Shown: positions 18,581 to 30,371, numbered from the stretch's first letter. The stretch: 49,974 nucleotides of DNA from an uncultured Candidatus Rokubacteria bacterium (GCA_963754315.1 CAVWFS010000012.1:1-49974); one strand, 5' to 3'. The notes: generated by a model not told the origin, from the sequence alone. Numbers and translations are program-made.

Positions 18581-20719
18581 CTAACGCGCCGCCGCGCGGG
18601 CCGCCCGCTGGTCCAGCTCGCGCTTGTAGTCGCCGATGGCGGCCACGATGGCGCGGGCGATCTCGTCGCGGTACTTCGTGTCCTTGAGCCGTCGCTCCTC
18701 CCTGGGATTGGTCACGAAGCCGATCTCGATGAGGACGGCTGGCATGGCTGCGCCGCCCAGCACGTAGAAGCCGGCCTGCTTCACTCCACGGTTCGGGATT
18801 CGCAGACTGTCGGTCATTGAATCCTGGACGACCTCGGCCAGCCGAGAGGACTCCTGCTGGAACTCCGACTGGGCGAGATCCCAGAGGATAGCCTTCACCG
18901 CGTCAGCGCGACTGCCCTTGAAGGCTGGCTTCTCGAGCTGCACCACGCTGTTCTCGGCTGCCGCCACCTGACGGGCGGCGTTGTCGGTCGCCTCCGAGGA
19001 GAGGAAGTACGTCTCCACGCCCTCCGAGGCCGACTCGCGGTGCGCGTTGGCGTGGATCGACACGAAGAGGTCGGCACGCTCCCGGTTGGCGAAGCTGGTG
19101 CGTTCACGCAGCGGCACGAAGTAGTCGCCCTTCCGGCTGAGCAGCACCTTCAGTCCGGGGAGGCTCGTCTCCACGAGCTTCGCGACCCGTCGGGTCACGT
19201 CGAGAACCAGCTCCTTCTCCTGGAGGCCGGTAGGGCCATGAGCGCCCGGGTCATGCCCTCCGTGGCCAGCGTCGAGCACGATCGTGCGCAAGGGGGTCAC
19301 GGCGACGGGGCCCGTTCGCGCGCCCGGCTCGGACGGTCGGGGAAAGTCGAGAAGCAGCCGCGGCGGATCGCTCAGGGTGCTGACTTTGGGCTCGACGGCC
19401 GTTACCGTGAACTTCACGCGTACGACCGCGTCCTCGCCGGCGGGGTCCAGCCGAACTTCGGCTAGCAGACCATCGTGGATCTCGTCGATGCGCGGGCTTG
19501 CGCTGACGGAGTCGAGGCGGATGCGCATCTCCCTCCCCGTGGTCGACTCGACGCGATGGCGAACAGCCGCCGACGTCTCCAGCACCACCCGCGTGAAGGT
19601 CGGATACGAGCGAAGGCGGACGTCCGAGAGCGCGATCGCCGTCCCTCTGGCCTGGACCCGCGCCAGTCCCTCAGCACCAGGCAGGGGCGAGGTGGCAGGA
19701 GGCGCGAAGCGTGGGGCCACCGCGGTGAGCGTGGGAGAGGGTGCCGGTCCAGGCCGAGCCACCGGCGCCTCCACCAGCGGGGGCATAACCGCTGCCGGAG
19801 GCGGCGGCGCCGACGGCACCGCTGCCAGCGCTGACGTGGACCCCGGAGCCGGGGGATAGGCCTTCGACGATGGTGTCCCGGCGACGGCAGATGGCGCAGA
19901 CGATTGCGTCGGCGTCGGGCCGGGTGCTCGCACGACTGGCGCTGCCGCGGACTGGCTGGGAAACGGCGCCACCGGTACGGGTTGGAGCGGCGCCGACACC
20001 GGCGGCACTGTCGCGGCGGATTGCCCTGGCGCTGGTGTCGCTGCGGGGGCCGGCGACCGCACGGTGGGCGCAGTAGCCGGCACGCTGCGAGACGGCGCGG
20101 CCGGCGCAGGAGCCGAAACGCTGGGAGCCGGCACGGCAGGCGCAGTAGCCGGGACGCTGGGTGACCGCACGGCGGGGGCAGTAGCCGGGACGCTGGGTGA
20201 CGGCGCGGCGGGCGCGCCCACAGGCGACGGTGACGTTGCCTGCCCTGTGCCCGCAACGCCAGACTGCCCGACCGGCGGTGCCGATCCCGTAGCCGGCGGC
20301 GCCGGTGGGGCTGAAGACGGCTTCGGAGAAGGCGCCGCTGCCATCCGCGCCGTCGGAAGTGCTGCCTTGCCCTCCAGAATCGGTATCACCTGGCGGACGA
20401 ACACCTCGGGCACGAGCCACCGCCGCCCTTCCACCCGCACGGGCGCCTCCAGCACCACGGGCTTGCCATCGATCTCCACGCGCGCCCAGTCGCGCGTGAG
20501 CGTCACCACGTGCGTCTTCGTTCTCAGGTAGATGCGATCGGGGGTCGACTCCATCTTCGCCTTGAGATGGGTGGCCAGGTTGCCCGCGTCCACGTAGGTG
20601 CGGCCGGCACGGCTCACGGTGAGCAAGCTCGCCTCGGCGAAGGCCACGCCCACGCCGGTTCCGGAGAGAACCACGACGAGCAGGCTCATCGAGACGAGGA
20701 GGGCACGGACTACCCACAT
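18581..20719 (-). CDS. N-acetylmuramoyl-L-alanine amidase (Amidase_3) with long Pro/Ala linker
   Basis: IVLDAGHGGHDPGA, EKELVL, ADLFVSIHANA, GVETYF, MPAVLIEIGFVTN; AMIN-like region; signal peptide. Confidence 0.92.
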   Translation of the reverse strand: MWVVRALLVSMSLLVVVLSGTGVGVAFAEASLLTVSRAGRTYVDAGNLATHLKAKMESTPDRIYLRTKTHVVTLTRDWARVEIDGKPVVLEAPVRVEGRRWLVPEVFVRQVIPILEGKAALPTARMAAAPSPKPSSAPPAPPATGSAPPVGQSGVAGTGQATSPSPVGAPAAPSPSVPATAPAVRSPSVPATAPAVPAPSVSAPAPAAPSRSVPATAPTVRSPAPAATPAPGQSAATVPPVSAPLQPVPVAPFPSQSAAAPVVRAPGPTPTQSSAPSAVAGTPSSKAYPPAPGSTSALAAVPSAPPPPAAVMPPLVEAPVARPGPAPSPTLTAVAPRFAPPATSPLPGAEGLARVQARGTAIALSDVRLRSYPTFTRVVLETSAAVRHRVESTTGREMRIRLDSVSASPRIDEIHDGLLAEVRLDPAGEDAVVRVKFTVTAVEPKVSTLSDPPRLLLDFPRPSEPGARTGPVAVTPLRTIVLDAGHGGHDPGAHGPTGLQEKELVLDVTRRVAKLVETSLPGLKVLLSRKGDYFVPLRERTSFANRERADLFVSIHANAHRESASEGVETYFLSSEATDNAARQVAAAENSVVQLEKPAFKGSRADAVKAILWDLAQSEFQQESSRLAEVVQDSMTDSLRIPNRGVKQAGFYVLGGAAMPAVLIEIGFVTNPREERRLKDTKYRDEIARAIVAAIGDYKRELDQRAARAAAR
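20050..20205 (-). repeat. Intragenic ~36-bp tandem repeat (x4) encoding PSVPATAPAVxS
   Basis: Repeated SPSVPATAPAV / PSVSAPAPAA / RSVPATAPTV units in the amidase linker. Confidence 0.7.
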
Positions 20720-20762
20720 GGTGAGGACGATTCTAGCAACGGTGCCGGGGGTTACCGCGTTT

Positions 20763-21635
20763 TTAGGGCTCCTCGGCGAGCATGGCGAGCAGATACTGCC
20801 CGTAGCGGTTGTCCTTCATGGATTGCGCGATCCGTCGGACGGCATCGGCCTTGATGTAACCCTTGCGATAGGCCACCTCCTCGACGCACGCCACCATCAG
20901 CCCCTGCCGGTCCTCGATGGTCTGGATGAAGTTCGAGGCTTGCATGAGAGATTCATGGGTGCCGGTGTCGAGCCAGGCGATGCCCCGTCCCAGCCTCTCA
21001 ACGTGGAGGGCGTCCAGGTCCAAGTAGGCGCGATTGACGTCGGTGATCTCCAGCTCGCCGCGCGCCGAGGGCTTGAGGTTGGCCGCGATATCCACCACGC
21101 GAGAGTCGTAGAAGTAGAGGCCGGTGACCGCATAGGGCGAGCGCGGCCTCGTCGGCTTCTCTTCGAGCCCGACCGCCCGGCCCCGCGCATCGAACTCCAC
21201 CACGCCGTAGCGGGCAGGATCACGCACCCGGTAGGCGAACACGGTGGCGCCCTCGGTCCGATCTGCGGCCCGCTCCAGCGATTCGGGAAAGCCGTGGCCG
21301 TAGAAGAGGTTGTCGCCGAGCGCGAGCGCCACGCTCTGACCCCCGACGAACTGGGCCCCGATGATGAACGCCTGCGCAATCCCCTCGGGCCTCGGCTGCA
21401 CGGCGTACTGGATGGAGAGTCCCAGCTCACCCCCGTCGTCGAGCAGGCGCTGGAAGGCCTCGACGTCCTGAGGTGTCGTGATGACGAGGATCTCGCGCAC
21501 GCCGGCCAGCATCAGGGTCGACAGCGGGTAGTAGATCATCGGCTTGTTGTAGACGGGGACAAGCTGCTTGCTGATGCCCCTGGTGAGCGGATAGAGACGG
21601 GTGCCGGAACCCCCAGCCAGGATGATGCCCCGCAT
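20763..21635 (-). CDS. rfbA: Glucose-1-phosphate thymidylyltransferase
   Basis: [56 protein letters not shown]. Confidence 0.97.
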   Translation of the reverse strand: MRGIILAGGSGTRLYPLTRGISKQLVPVYNKPMIYYPLSTLMLAGVREILVITTPQDVEAFQRLLDDGGELGLSIQYAVQPRPEGIAQAFIIGAQFVGGQSVALALGDNLFYGHGFPESLERAADRTEGATVFAYRVRDPARYGVVEFDARGRAVGLEEKPTRPRSPYAVTGLYFYDSRVVDIAANLKPSARGELEITDVNRAYLDLDALHVERLGRGIAWLDTGTHESLMQASNFIQTIEDRQGLMVACVEEVAYRKGYIKADAVRRIAQSMKDNRYGQYLLAMLAEEP

Positions 21636-22744
21636 CAGGGCGTGCCCTTGGGTGTTACCGCCTGCGCGAGGCCCAGGCGCTCGCGCTGGTACCGTCCGGC
21701 CTGCACGGCCTCGCACCAGGCGCGGTTCTCGAGGTACCAGCGCACCGTCTTGGCCAGGCCAGCCTCGAAGTCGTGGGACGGCCGCCAGTCCAGTTCTCGA
21801 CGGATCCTCGACGCGTCGATGGCGTAGCGGCGGTCGTGCCCGGGTCGATCCGGCACGAAGGTCTTGAGTGCCTCGTACCGCGCAGTGGAATGCCCGGCCA
21901 GGGCCGGATTCCTGGCCGCGGGCCACTCGGCCTCCAGGGTGGCGCAGAGGCGGTCGACGATCTCGAGGTTCGTCCGTTCGTTGCCGCCCCCGATGTTGTA
22001 CCGTGCCCCCACCTGCCCGCGCTCCAGCACGAGCCACACCCCGGCGCAGTGGTCTTCCACGTAGAGCCAGTCACGCACGTGACGGCCGTCGCCGTAGATC
22101 GGCAGCTTCCGGCCCTCCACCGCATTGAGGATCATGAGGGGAATCAGCTTCTCGGGGAACTGGTAGGGCCCGTAGTTGTTCGAGCAGTTGGTGATGAGCG
22201 CGGGCAATCCGTACGTCTCGTGGTACGCGCGTACGAGGTGGTCGGCCCCCGCCTTGGAGGCGGCGTAGGGCGAGTTCGGTGCGTAGGCCATGTCCTCCGA
22301 GAAGGCCCCGGTGGCGCCGAGCGTGCCGTAGACCTCATCGGTCGATACGTGCAGAAAGCGGAAGCTCTGCCGAGCCGGCGCCGCCAGAGGCGTCCAGTAC
22401 GCGCGCGCCGCCTCCAGCAACTCGAAGGTCCCGACCAGGTTGGTGTCGATGAAGGCGCGCGGACCGTCGATCGAGCGATCGACGTGGGTCTCGGCGGCGA
22501 AGTTCACGAGCGCGGCGGGCCGATGCGTCCGAAAGACGGCATCCATGGCGGCTCGATCGCCGATGTCGGCCTGCACGAAGATCAGCCGCGGATCTTCTCG
22601 TACCCCCGCCAGGTTCTCGAGGCTCCCGGCGTAGGTCAGCTTGTCGACCACCACCAGGGGCATCTGCCCCCGCGCCAGCGCCAGGCGAACGAAGTTGGAG
22701 CCGATGAAACCGGCTCCGCCCGTGACGATCATCGCTCCGCTCAT
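21635..22744 (-). CDS. rfbB: dTDP-glucose 4,6-dehydratase
   Basis: [65 protein letters not shown]. Confidence 0.97.
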   Translation of the reverse strand: MSGAMIVTGGAGFIGSNFVRLALARGQMPLVVVDKLTYAGSLENLAGVREDPRLIFVQADIGDRAAMDAVFRTHRPAALVNFAAETHVDRSIDGPRAFIDTNLVGTFELLEAARAYWTPLAAPARQSFRFLHVSTDEVYGTLGATGAFSEDMAYAPNSPYAASKAGADHLVRAYHETYGLPALITNCSNNYGPYQFPEKLIPLMILNAVEGRKLPIYGDGRHVRDWLYVEDHCAGVWLVLERGQVGARYNIGGGNERTNLEIVDRLCATLEAEWPAARNPALAGHSTARYEALKTFVPDRPGHDRRYAIDASRIRRELDWRPSHDFEAGLAKTVRWYLENRAWCEAVQAGRYQRERLGLAQAVTPKGTP

Positions 22745-22811
22745 GGCGCCCGCACAGTATAGCGGCTGACGGGGGATCGACTGCAGCAAAGAGAGACGCG
22801 GTTGGGTCGAG

Positions 22812-25062
22812 TCAGACGGCCAGGGCGGTGGCGGTCTTGGCCTCGCCCACGGGCGCGCTCAGCCGAGACAGATCATCGAGCAGCAGGCTGGCCCAGCGGT
22901 AGATGTTCTGCTCCCGGACGAGCCGGACCATGCGCTGCATGCGAACCTGGCGCTCGTCGGCGGGCATCTCGAGGGCGAGCCGTACCGCCTCGGCCGTCTC
23001 CTCGAAGTCGTAAGGATTGACGAGCAACGCGTCGCGCAGTTCGTGGGCGGCTCCCGTGAACTTACTGAGAATCAACATCCCCCCGCCGTCGTTGCGGACC
23101 GAGAGGTACTCCTTGGCGACCAGATTCATCCCGTCGTGCAGCGCGGTGACCATGCAGAAGTCGGCGTGGCGATAGTAGGGCCAGATCTCGCGGCGGTCGT
23201 GGTGACGCTCGAGATAGACGATGGGCCGCCAGCGCCGGGTGCCGAGGGACCGGTTGATCTCCTCGACCGTTTGCCCGACTTCCGCCTGCAGCTCCTGGTA
23301 GCGTTTGATACGGCTACGGCTCGGAGCCGCCAGCTGCACGAAGCTGACCCGCTCACGATACTCGGGATAGTGCTCGAAGAAGCGCTGCAGCGCGCGAAAG
23401 CGCTCGGGCAGCCCCTTGGTGTAGTCCAGGCGCTCCACCCCGACCCCGAAGAACTCCACGCTCAGACCCAGCTCCTCGAGCAGGGCCGCCCGGCTGATCT
23501 CGCGTGGCTGTTCCACGAACTCGGTGGCGACGCTGATGGGGTAGGGCTTCACGTAGGTGGCGTGGTCGCCGCGCACCACGGCAAAGCGTTCGCTGTCGAT
23601 CCGTGCCTCCAGGGTCCGATCCACGCTCTCGAGGAAGTTGTTGCAGTGGTACTGCGTGTGAAAGCCGATGATGTCGGCGCCCAGCATGCCCACCAGGATC
23701 TCGCGCTGCCAGGGGCAGATCCCGAACGCCTCGAAGTTCGGCCACGGGATGTGCCAGAAGATGGCCACGCGCGCGTCGGGGCGCCGCGACTTTGATGAGG
23801 GCGGGGAGCAGCGCCAGGTGATAGTCCTGGATAAGCACCATCGGCGCCTCGTGCCCTTCCATCTCTTCGAGGAGCGCCGTCGCGAACTTGCCGTTCACGA
23901 TTCGGTACTGCTCCCAGTCCTCGCTCCGGAAGAGCGGCCGGGCGTGCACGACGTGACACAGGGGCCAGAGGCCCTCGTTCGAGAAGCCGTAGTAGTGCCC
24001 CTCTTCCTCCGCCTTGGTGAGCCACACCCGCCTGAGCGTGTAGCTCGGATCATCGGGGGGAAGGCCGAGACGGCCGTTCGCATCGGCGGTGCGCTCGTCG
24101 GCATCGCCACTGCCGTGGGCCACCCAGACCCCGCCGCAGGCGCGCATGACCGGTTCGAGCGCCGTCACCACACCGCTGGCTGGAATCTCCGCGTGGACCT
24201 TGCCGTCGCGCCACACGTGGCTGACCGGCTCACGGTTGGAGGCGACGAAGAGCGCCTGACCGTCGAAGCGCATGCGCACGAACTGCTTGAGGCGCTCCTC
24301 CGTCCACAGCGACTCGCCGGACATGCGCAGCGCCGCCTCTCGCTCCGCAGCGACCTGGGCGCGATAGAGGTTGCGGGCGAGCCCCGAGACTTCCTGAGCC
24401 AGGGGGCCGAAGAGTTCCGCGTCGGGGACGGAGGGCGGCGGGAGGGGCTTTCCCACCTTGAGCGTCTTCGTCCACTCGGCCAGGGCCGACATGGGCCGCA
24501 TGATGGTCATGCGCATGACGAGAAATGTGATCAGCGAGAGGCCGAGGGCCAGCACGAAGAACCGTACGGCGTTGAATTGCCACAGCACGAGCTCCGCCGT
24601 GTCAAGGGACGTCGCGTCCAGGAACACCGCCAGCGCTCCCACGGGTTTGTCGTCCTGCCGCAGCGGAGTCGCGTACACGTAGGTCTTCCGGCCGTCCAGA
24701 GTCCTGAAGCCGGTGGTGATCTTGTCCCGGCTAATAGCCTCCGTGACCTCGGGGACCTGGGAGCGCACGGCCGGCGTATCGCTGGGGGCCGACGCGATTT
24801 GGCTGGCGACACTGTCGTAGACGACGATGCCGCGATCCTTCCGTCCGAAGCGGTTCAGCGCGCGAATCAAGCCCGGGGTGGCGCCGCGTCGTACGACGGG
24901 CTCGACCGCCTCCTTGAGGCTCTCGGCCAGGAGACCGGCTCTGCGCTCCAGGTCGTTCCGGAGCCGCTCACGCTCCTCGCGGACCTGGAGAAACGCGAAG
25001 GCAGCCAGGATGATCAGTGTGGAGACCCAGATGGCGCCGAGAACCCGAAGGGTCACTCTCAT
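22812..25062 (-). CDS. otsA: Trehalose-6-phosphate synthase (GT20) with N-terminal TM-sensor-TM-HAMP region; one frameshift near 23780
   Basis: VASNREP, ASGVVTALEP, YYGFSNEGLWPLCH, QDYHL, FWHIPWP, VERLDYTKG, LHDGMNLVAKEY, LLVNPYD; about 240-aa N-terminal membrane/HAMP-like extension. Confidence 0.9.
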
Positions 25063-25184
25063 GCCGCGAGACGACTCACTTGTCTACAAGAATGCCCGGC
25101 ACTCAACACACTTGAGCCTACCTCAGAATCGAGGTCGATTTCAGGACAACCTGCAGCCGCAAAACCCAGCGCCCGGTCATCGCT

Positions 25185-26906
25185 TCAACCGGTATCGCGC
25201 ACGCCCGGCACCATGGGATGCAGGGGCTGGGCCAGGGCCTGGCGCAGGTCGCCGATCTCACCGCACGCCCACCTGCGCTCGATTTTCCTAAGATGGGCGC
25301 CGGCCACTCGGTCACCAAAGACCTCGAGCACCCAGCGTGAGAAGTCTCCGCGAGCCGCGTGGTGATCGAGCACCTCGTCGTCCACCCGGCCGAGAGCGGT
25401 CACGAACTCGCCGAGCGTGCCGGCCGTCATCACCGGCGATCCGCCCCGTGCGCGGAACAGGAAGCGGTGATGTGGTGCCAGGGGACGGTCGCTGTACTTA
25501 TGAAGATGACGGACGTGGCTGGTCAGCCTCGGTGGTGGAACGAAGGTCATGGCCCTGCCGTCGCGCTCGGCCAGAAGAAACTCCCGCTCCGGCAGCTCGC
25601 CCAGGACACCCTCGAGCGTGGCACCGGGCAAGTGCCCGCGAAGGAAGCTCAACTCCTCCGCGCGCGTGGTCCGGGCGAGAACGAAGGTGTCGATGGTGTC
25701 GACGACGAGCGGACGAAGCCAGCTCGCCCGATGGGTCACCAGACAGAACCCCCGGTCGTCGGGCGAGAACACCTCGTCAGATACCCCTCCGGAGTGCAGA
25801 GTGTAGTGGGCCTCGTCCAGCACGACCCAATGGGGAACGCCCCGTTCCCGGCGCAGGGCCCGGATATGTCGGAGACCAGCCTCGACAAGCCTGACCTTCT
25901 CGTCGTGAGGCGAGCCGGAGACATCGACCACGACCGTCGCCGAGGGATCATGTCGAAGCACGAAGAGCGCTTCGCTCCACTCGGACTCTCGCTGCACGAC
26001 CAACCACGTCACCCCGGGCAGCGCCGCCAGAACCTGATAGTCGCCCTCGGGATCGATGACGCACGTGGCGTAACGATCCGCGGCGAGCCGCTCGACGAGC
26101 GCCCCTGCCAGCCAGGACTTGCCGGACTGCGGGTCGCCCTGCACGAGCAGGTTCACGGCGCGCGCGGGAACGGTGGCCGGCGCCGCCGTGCGCGGAGCCC
26201 AACCCAAGGGGAGGCGATGGCGAGACGAGGTCGGCAGGCTGAGATGTCCGTCGACGATCAGGTCGTCGAGGGCGGCCGCAATGGCGGCCCCGTCCTCGCC
26301 CGGGAAGACCCAGTCCGCCCGCGCCTTCACCTCGGCCACAGCGTTGCCGGGACACCCGGAGAACCCGCACGCCTCGAACAGCTCCAGATCGTTCTCGGCG
26401 TCGCCCAGCGCGAGCACGTCGCGGGGAGACAACCCCAGCATGCCAATGACGGGCCGCACGCCGCTGCTCTTGCTTACCCCGTGCGGCAGCAGCATGAGGG
26501 AGGTCCGGTTCGGGACCAGAGCCATGGTGACGCCGGTGGTGACCATCGCGCGGCGCACGGCCTCCTCATGCTCGATCGTCGTTCCGATCACCACGCGGCC
26601 GATCTGGTACGGAATCCCCAAGCGCTCGAGCTCGGCGAGAAGCGGGGCGGGGGGACCGACCGCCATGTCGCAGATGCGACCGGCCGCAGGAAAGTAGAGC
26701 ACGCCGCCGTTCTCGGCCACGACCGCGTCGAACAGATCGAGGCGGTCGCACACGCGGCTCAGCTCAAAGAAGGTCCGGCCGGTGACGAGGGCCAGCCGCA
26801 GGCCAGCCCTCCGTGCGCGCTCCAGCGCGGCCACGGTGGGCGGCGCGATGCGGTCGTGGGAGGCCAAGGTGCCATCGTAGTCACAGGCGAGCGCCATGAA
26901 TCTCAT
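25185..26906 (-). CDS. HAD-IIB (Cof-like) phosphatase fused to a P-loop ATPase
   Basis: LACDYDGTLA, LVTGR, GVSKSSG, LGDAENDL; GDPQSGKS, IDPEGDY, VLDEAH; C-terminal HAARGDFSRW domain. Confidence 0.85.
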   Translation of the reverse strand: MRFMALACDYDGTLASHDRIAPPTVAALERARRAGLRLALVTGRTFFELSRVCDRLDLFDAVVAENGGVLYFPAAGRICDMAVGPPAPLLAELERLGIPYQIGRVVIGTTIEHEEAVRRAMVTTGVTMALVPNRTSLMLLPHGVSKSSGVRPVIGMLGLSPRDVLALGDAENDLELFEACGFSGCPGNAVAEVKARADWVFPGEDGAAIAAALDDLIVDGHLSLPTSSRHRLPLGWAPRTAAPATVPARAVNLLVQGDPQSGKSWLAGALVERLAADRYATCVIDPEGDYQVLAALPGVTWLVVQRESEWSEALFVLRHDPSATVVVDVSGSPHDEKVRLVEAGLRHIRALRRERGVPHWVVLDEAHYTLHSGGVSDEVFSPDDRGFCLVTHRASWLRPLVVDTIDTFVLARTTRAEELSFLRGHLPGATLEGVLGELPEREFLLAERDGRAMTFVPPPRLTSHVRHLHKYSDRPLAPHHRFLFRARGGSPVMTAGTLGEFVTALGRVDDEVLDHHAARGDFSRWVLEVFGDRVAGAHLRKIERRWACGEIGDLRQALAQPLHPMVPGVRDTG

Positions 26907-27076
26907 CCCCTCGAGGGTCAACCCGGTCGTGCCGAAACGCAACCTTTCGACGTGGCCTGGCCACCCAGGCTGATGGTTCGCCCTCGGTAACGCTCGCGCC
27001 GTGCTAGCATCATCACGCTCGGCAGGGGCGTTAGGCCAACGCTCCACGCGCGCTGACGAGGTGTGCCGTTACGACC

Positions 27077-28465
27077 GTGGTCAACCTTGATCGATCGTCG
27101 TCCCGTCGCGCGTTCGTCGTCAGTCTGGTCCTTCTGGCCACCCTGATGTCGGGAGCGTCCTCGCGCGCCAGCACCCGACCCGTGGTGTACGTGGTGCCAG
27201 TGGAGGGTGTGATCGACCTCGGTCTGGCCCCGTTCGTCGAGCGAGTGCTGGACACCGCCACCCGCGACGGCGCGGCCGCCGTCGTTCTGGAGATCAACAC
27301 CTTTGGCGGACGTGTCGACGCTGCCGTTCTCATTCGCGATGCGCTCCTGCGGGCGCGTGTGCGAACCATCGCCTTCGTGAACAAGCGCGCGATCTCGGCG
27401 GGAGCGCTCATCGCCCTGGCCTCCGAGAAGATCGTCATGGCCGACGGCGGGACCATCGGGGCCGCCACTCCCGTCGAGATGGGGGCACCCGGCGGACCGG
27501 CCAAGCCCGTGGCCGAGAAAACCGTGTCCTACATGCGCAAAGAGTTTCGAGCCACCGCCGAGAGCCGCAAGCGTCCGCCTCTGGTGGCCGAGGCGATGGT
27601 CGATCCCGACGTCGAGATTCGCGGGGTGATCGCGAAGGGCAAGCTCCTCACCCTCACCACCGACGAAGCCCTCAAGCTCAAGGTGGCGGACTTCCGAGCC
27701 GACAGTCTCGAGGCCGTGCTGAAGGCGTTCGACATCAGAGACCCCGACGTCCGGCGGTCGGCTCCAACCTGGGCGGAGACGGTTGTGCGGTTCCTCACCA
27801 ATCCGATCGTCAGCTCACTTCTGATGACCGTCGGCATGCTTGGCATCATCGTCGAGCTCCGCACGCCAGGCTTCGGGCTCCCGGGCGCCCTCGGGATCGC
27901 GAGTCTCGCCCTCTTCTTCTGGGGACACTGGCTGGTCCGTCTGGCCGGGTGGGAAGAGCTGCTCCTCGTCGGTCTCGGGCTGAGTCTGTTGGCTGCCGAG
28001 ATCTTCGTCATCCCCGGCTTCGGCGTGCCCGGGGTGCTGGGGCTCGTGTTGATCCTGGCCGGGCTCGGTCTCAGCATAGTGGGCGCGGGAGCCACGTGGG
28101 ACACTGTAGGCTGGGCCGTTGGGCGCGTCGCCATCTCTGCTCTGCTCGCCATCGCCGCGTCTCTGGCCCTGCTTCGTGTGCTTCCGCGCCTGCCGGTGGG
28201 GCGGCGCCTTGTGCTAGCCACTGAGCTGCCGGCGACCTCGGGCTACGCGTCGTCGCCCGAAGGTGATCGGCGCTGGCTCGGCCGGCGCGGCACGACCACC
28301 TCACCGCTACGCCCGGCGGGTGTCGCCACCATCGACGGCGAGCGCGTGGACGTGGTGTCGGAGGGGGAGTTCGTCGAGGTCGGCCGCGCCATCGTGGTGA
28401 CCAGGGTGGACGGCAATCGCATCGTCGTTCGGCCGGCCGAATCTGAAAGGAGTGACATTCCATGA
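27077..28465 (+). CDS. nfeD: NfeD-family membrane-bound serine protease (long form)
   Basis: [33 protein letters not shown]-terminal OB fold LRPAG...DVVSEG. Confidence 0.92.
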   Translation: MVNLDRSSSRRAFVVSLVLLATLMSGASSRASTRPVVYVVPVEGVIDLGLAPFVERVLDTATRDGAAAVVLEINTFGGRVDAAVLIRDALLRARVRTIAFVNKRAISAGALIALASEKIVMADGGTIGAATPVEMGAPGGPAKPVAEKTVSYMRKEFRATAESRKRPPLVAEAMVDPDVEIRGVIAKGKLLTLTTDEALKLKVADFRADSLEAVLKAFDIRDPDVRRSAPTWAETVVRFLTNPIVSSLLMTVGMLGIIVELRTPGFGLPGALGIASLALFFWGHWLVRLAGWEELLLVGLGLSLLAAEIFVIPGFGVPGVLGLVLILAGLGLSIVGAGATWDTVGWAVGRVAISALLAIAASLALLRVLPRLPVGRRLVLATELPATSGYASSPEGDRRWLGRRGTTTSPLRPAGVATIDGERVDVVSEGEFVEVGRAIVVTRVDGNRIVVRPAESERSDIP

Positions 28466-29439
28466 GCGGAATCGAATTTGCGCTCGGGCCTCTGGCCCTC
28501 CTCGTCGTCGCGGTCGTTGTCATCGCCGTCATCCTTTATCTGGTCCCCATCCCGCTCTGGCTCGCTGCCTGGGCATCAGGGGCATACGTGGGGCTGTTCA
28601 CGCTCATCGGGATGCGGCTTCGTCGAGTGCCGCCAGCCACGGTGGTGACGGCCCGGATCAGCGCCGTGAAGGCCGGGATCGACATCTCCGTGAACGACTT
28701 GGAGGCTCACTACCTGGCCGGCGGCAACATCATGAACGTGGTCACGGCCATGATCTCGGCCGACAAGGCCAACATCCCCATGCCGTTCAAGCGCGCCGCC
28801 GCCATCGACCTCGCCGGGCGCGACGTGCTGGAGGCCGTGAAGATGTCCGTCATCCCCAAGGTGATCGAGACACCGAAGGTCGCCGCGGTGGCGAAGGACG
28901 GTATTCAGCTCATCGCGGTCTCGCGCGTCACCGTGCGCACCAACATCGATCGGCTGGTGGGCGGGGCGGGCGAGGAGACGATCATCGCGCGGGTGGGCGA
29001 GGGCATGGTGAGCTCCATCGGCTCGTCGGCCAGCCACAAGGACGTGCTGGAGAACCCCGACCACATCTCCAAGGTCGTGCTCAGCAAGGGGCTGGACTCT
29101 GGAACCGCGTACGAGATCCTCTCCATCGACATCGCCGACGTGGACGTGGGCGAGAACATCGGGGCCAAGCTTCAGATCGACCAGGCGAACGCCGACAAGA
29201 TGATCGCCCAGGCCAAGGCCGAGGAGCGCCGCGCCATGGCGGTGGCCCTCGAGCAGGAGATGCGCGCCCGGGTGGTGGAAGCCGAGGCCGAGGTGCCGCG
29301 GGCCATGGCCGAGGCCTTCCGCCAAGGCAACATGGGGATCATGGACTACTACCGGATGAAGAACGTACAGGCCGACACGTCCATGCGCGCGGCCATCGGG
29401 GCAGCCGGCGGCGAGCCGCCAGCCCAGCCGACGAGGTAG
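28462..29439 (+). CDS. floA: Flotillin-like protein FloA (YqfA/UPF0365)
   Basis: [61 protein letters not shown]. Confidence 0.95.
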   Translation: MSGIEFALGPLALLVVAVVVIAVILYLVPIPLWLAAWASGAYVGLFTLIGMRLRRVPPATVVTARISAVKAGIDISVNDLEAHYLAGGNIMNVVTAMISADKANIPMPFKRAAAIDLAGRDVLEAVKMSVIPKVIETPKVAAVAKDGIQLIAVSRVTVRTNIDRLVGGAGEETIIARVGEGMVSSIGSSASHKDVLENPDHISKVVLSKGLDSGTAYEILSIDIADVDVGENIGAKLQIDQANADKMIAQAKAEERRAMAVALEQEMRARVVEAEAEVPRAMAEAFRQGNMGIMDYYRMKNVQADTSMRAAIGAAGGEPPAQPTR

Positions 29440-29443
29440 AGAC

Positions 29444-29793
29444 ATGTCGGTCGAGCAGCTTCTCTTCCTGGTCCTGTTCGTGCTTCTTCCTCTCCTCAAC
29501 ATGTTGCGCAAGGCGCTCAGGAATCGGCGGCCGGCGCCGCCCGTGCCGGAGGCCGGGCGCGTGGAGCCGATGCCGGTGCGGCGCCTCCCCCGATGGTGCT
29601 TCATCCAGTGCCAGAGCTCGTGCGCCCGCCCGCGCGCGCGACGACTGCAGAGCGCAGGCCCGTCCAGGCCGCCGAGCAGCGGCGACGAACTGCCTTTAGC
29701 CCGAGTGACATCCGGCGGGGGATCGTGATCATGACAATCCTCGGCCCATGCCGGGCGCTCGAGCCCGAGGCCACGCCCGAGACGAGAGCCTAA
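29444..29793 (+). CDS. Small membrane protein following floA (frameshifted)
   Basis: N-terminal TM MSVEQLLFLVLFVLLPLL; C-terminal DIRRGIVIMTILGPCRALE motif of the type seen in floA-downstream genes. Confidence 0.65.
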
Positions 29794-29814
29794 CGAGGCG
29801 CCGCGTGCCCTCCG

Positions 29815-29878
29815 CTGTGCACCACCCAGGCTGACCGGCGGCCGGTGTCAGCCGCTCCGGTCGAGCCTGTTGTTCGGC
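29815..29878 (-). other. attC-like integron cassette recombination site (degenerate R')
   Basis: Minus strand R'' GCCGAAC, 5-bp spacer, L'' GCTCGACC (extrahelical C), hairpin, L' GGTCAGC, 6-bp spacer, degenerate R'; starts 8 bp after the toxin stop. Confidence 0.7.
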
Positions 29879-29886
29879 GCGATGGC

Positions 29887-30156
29887 TCATAGCGAGCGGA
29901 GGAGGTGGTCGTACTCAGCGTGCGTACCGACCCAGAACCAAACGATAACATCGCCGTCGACGATGCCAAGCGCGCGATGGCCGAGTCCCACCCGTGCGGC
30001 GTAGATGGGTCGGATCGCGTGCACGTGTTTGAAGCGAAGACTTCGGTGTTGCGGGTTCTCCTTGAAACGGCGGTAGGCTTCACGGGCCCGGCGTTGGACA
30101 TGCTCTGGTAGCCGTCGGTAGGCTTCGCGGAAGCGACCGGTCGTCCTCGAAATCAA
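29887..30156 (-). CDS. RelE/ParE-superfamily toxin
   Basis: TTGRFREAYRRLP...FKENPQHRSLRFK...RVGLGHRALG...IVWFWVGTHAEYD. Confidence 0.85.
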   Translation of the reverse strand: MISRTTGRFREAYRRLPEHVQRRAREAYRRFKENPQHRSLRFKHVHAIRPIYAARVGLGHRALGIVDGDVIVWFWVGTHAEYDHLLRSL

Positions 30157-30371
30157 AGCTCATCGGGATCAAGGGGCTCAGTTCGGCCCGCCCGGTGCTC
30201 TTCCAGCGCCTCGTCGGCCAGGCGCTCGAGAGCGTCCTGAGATCGGGCGAAGGCGACCTCCCAGCGCTCGTCAGCGTCCAGTTCCTCGAGAATGGCCGCC
30301 GCAAGCTCGTCCTGCTCACGGCCGGGGAGGCGCGATGCGGCCTCGAACGCCTCCTTCAACGCCTTCGTCAT
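30153..30371 (-). CDS. Antitoxin partner of the RelE/ParE-like toxin
   Basis: 72-aa acidic protein MTKALKEAFEAASRLP...LERLADEALEEHRAG overlapping the toxin start by 4 nt. Confidence 0.85.
   Translation of the reverse strand: MTKALKEAFEAASRLPGREQDELAAAILEELDADERWEVAFARSQDALERLADEALEEHRAGRTEPLDPDEL

Noticed and set aside
23668..26990. Long opposite-strand ORFs (23668..25365, 25359..26990; also 31077..32669, 20598..21827, 16086..17408)
   Set aside because: Shadow ORFs typical of high-GC DNA, antisense to genes with clear conserved motifs.
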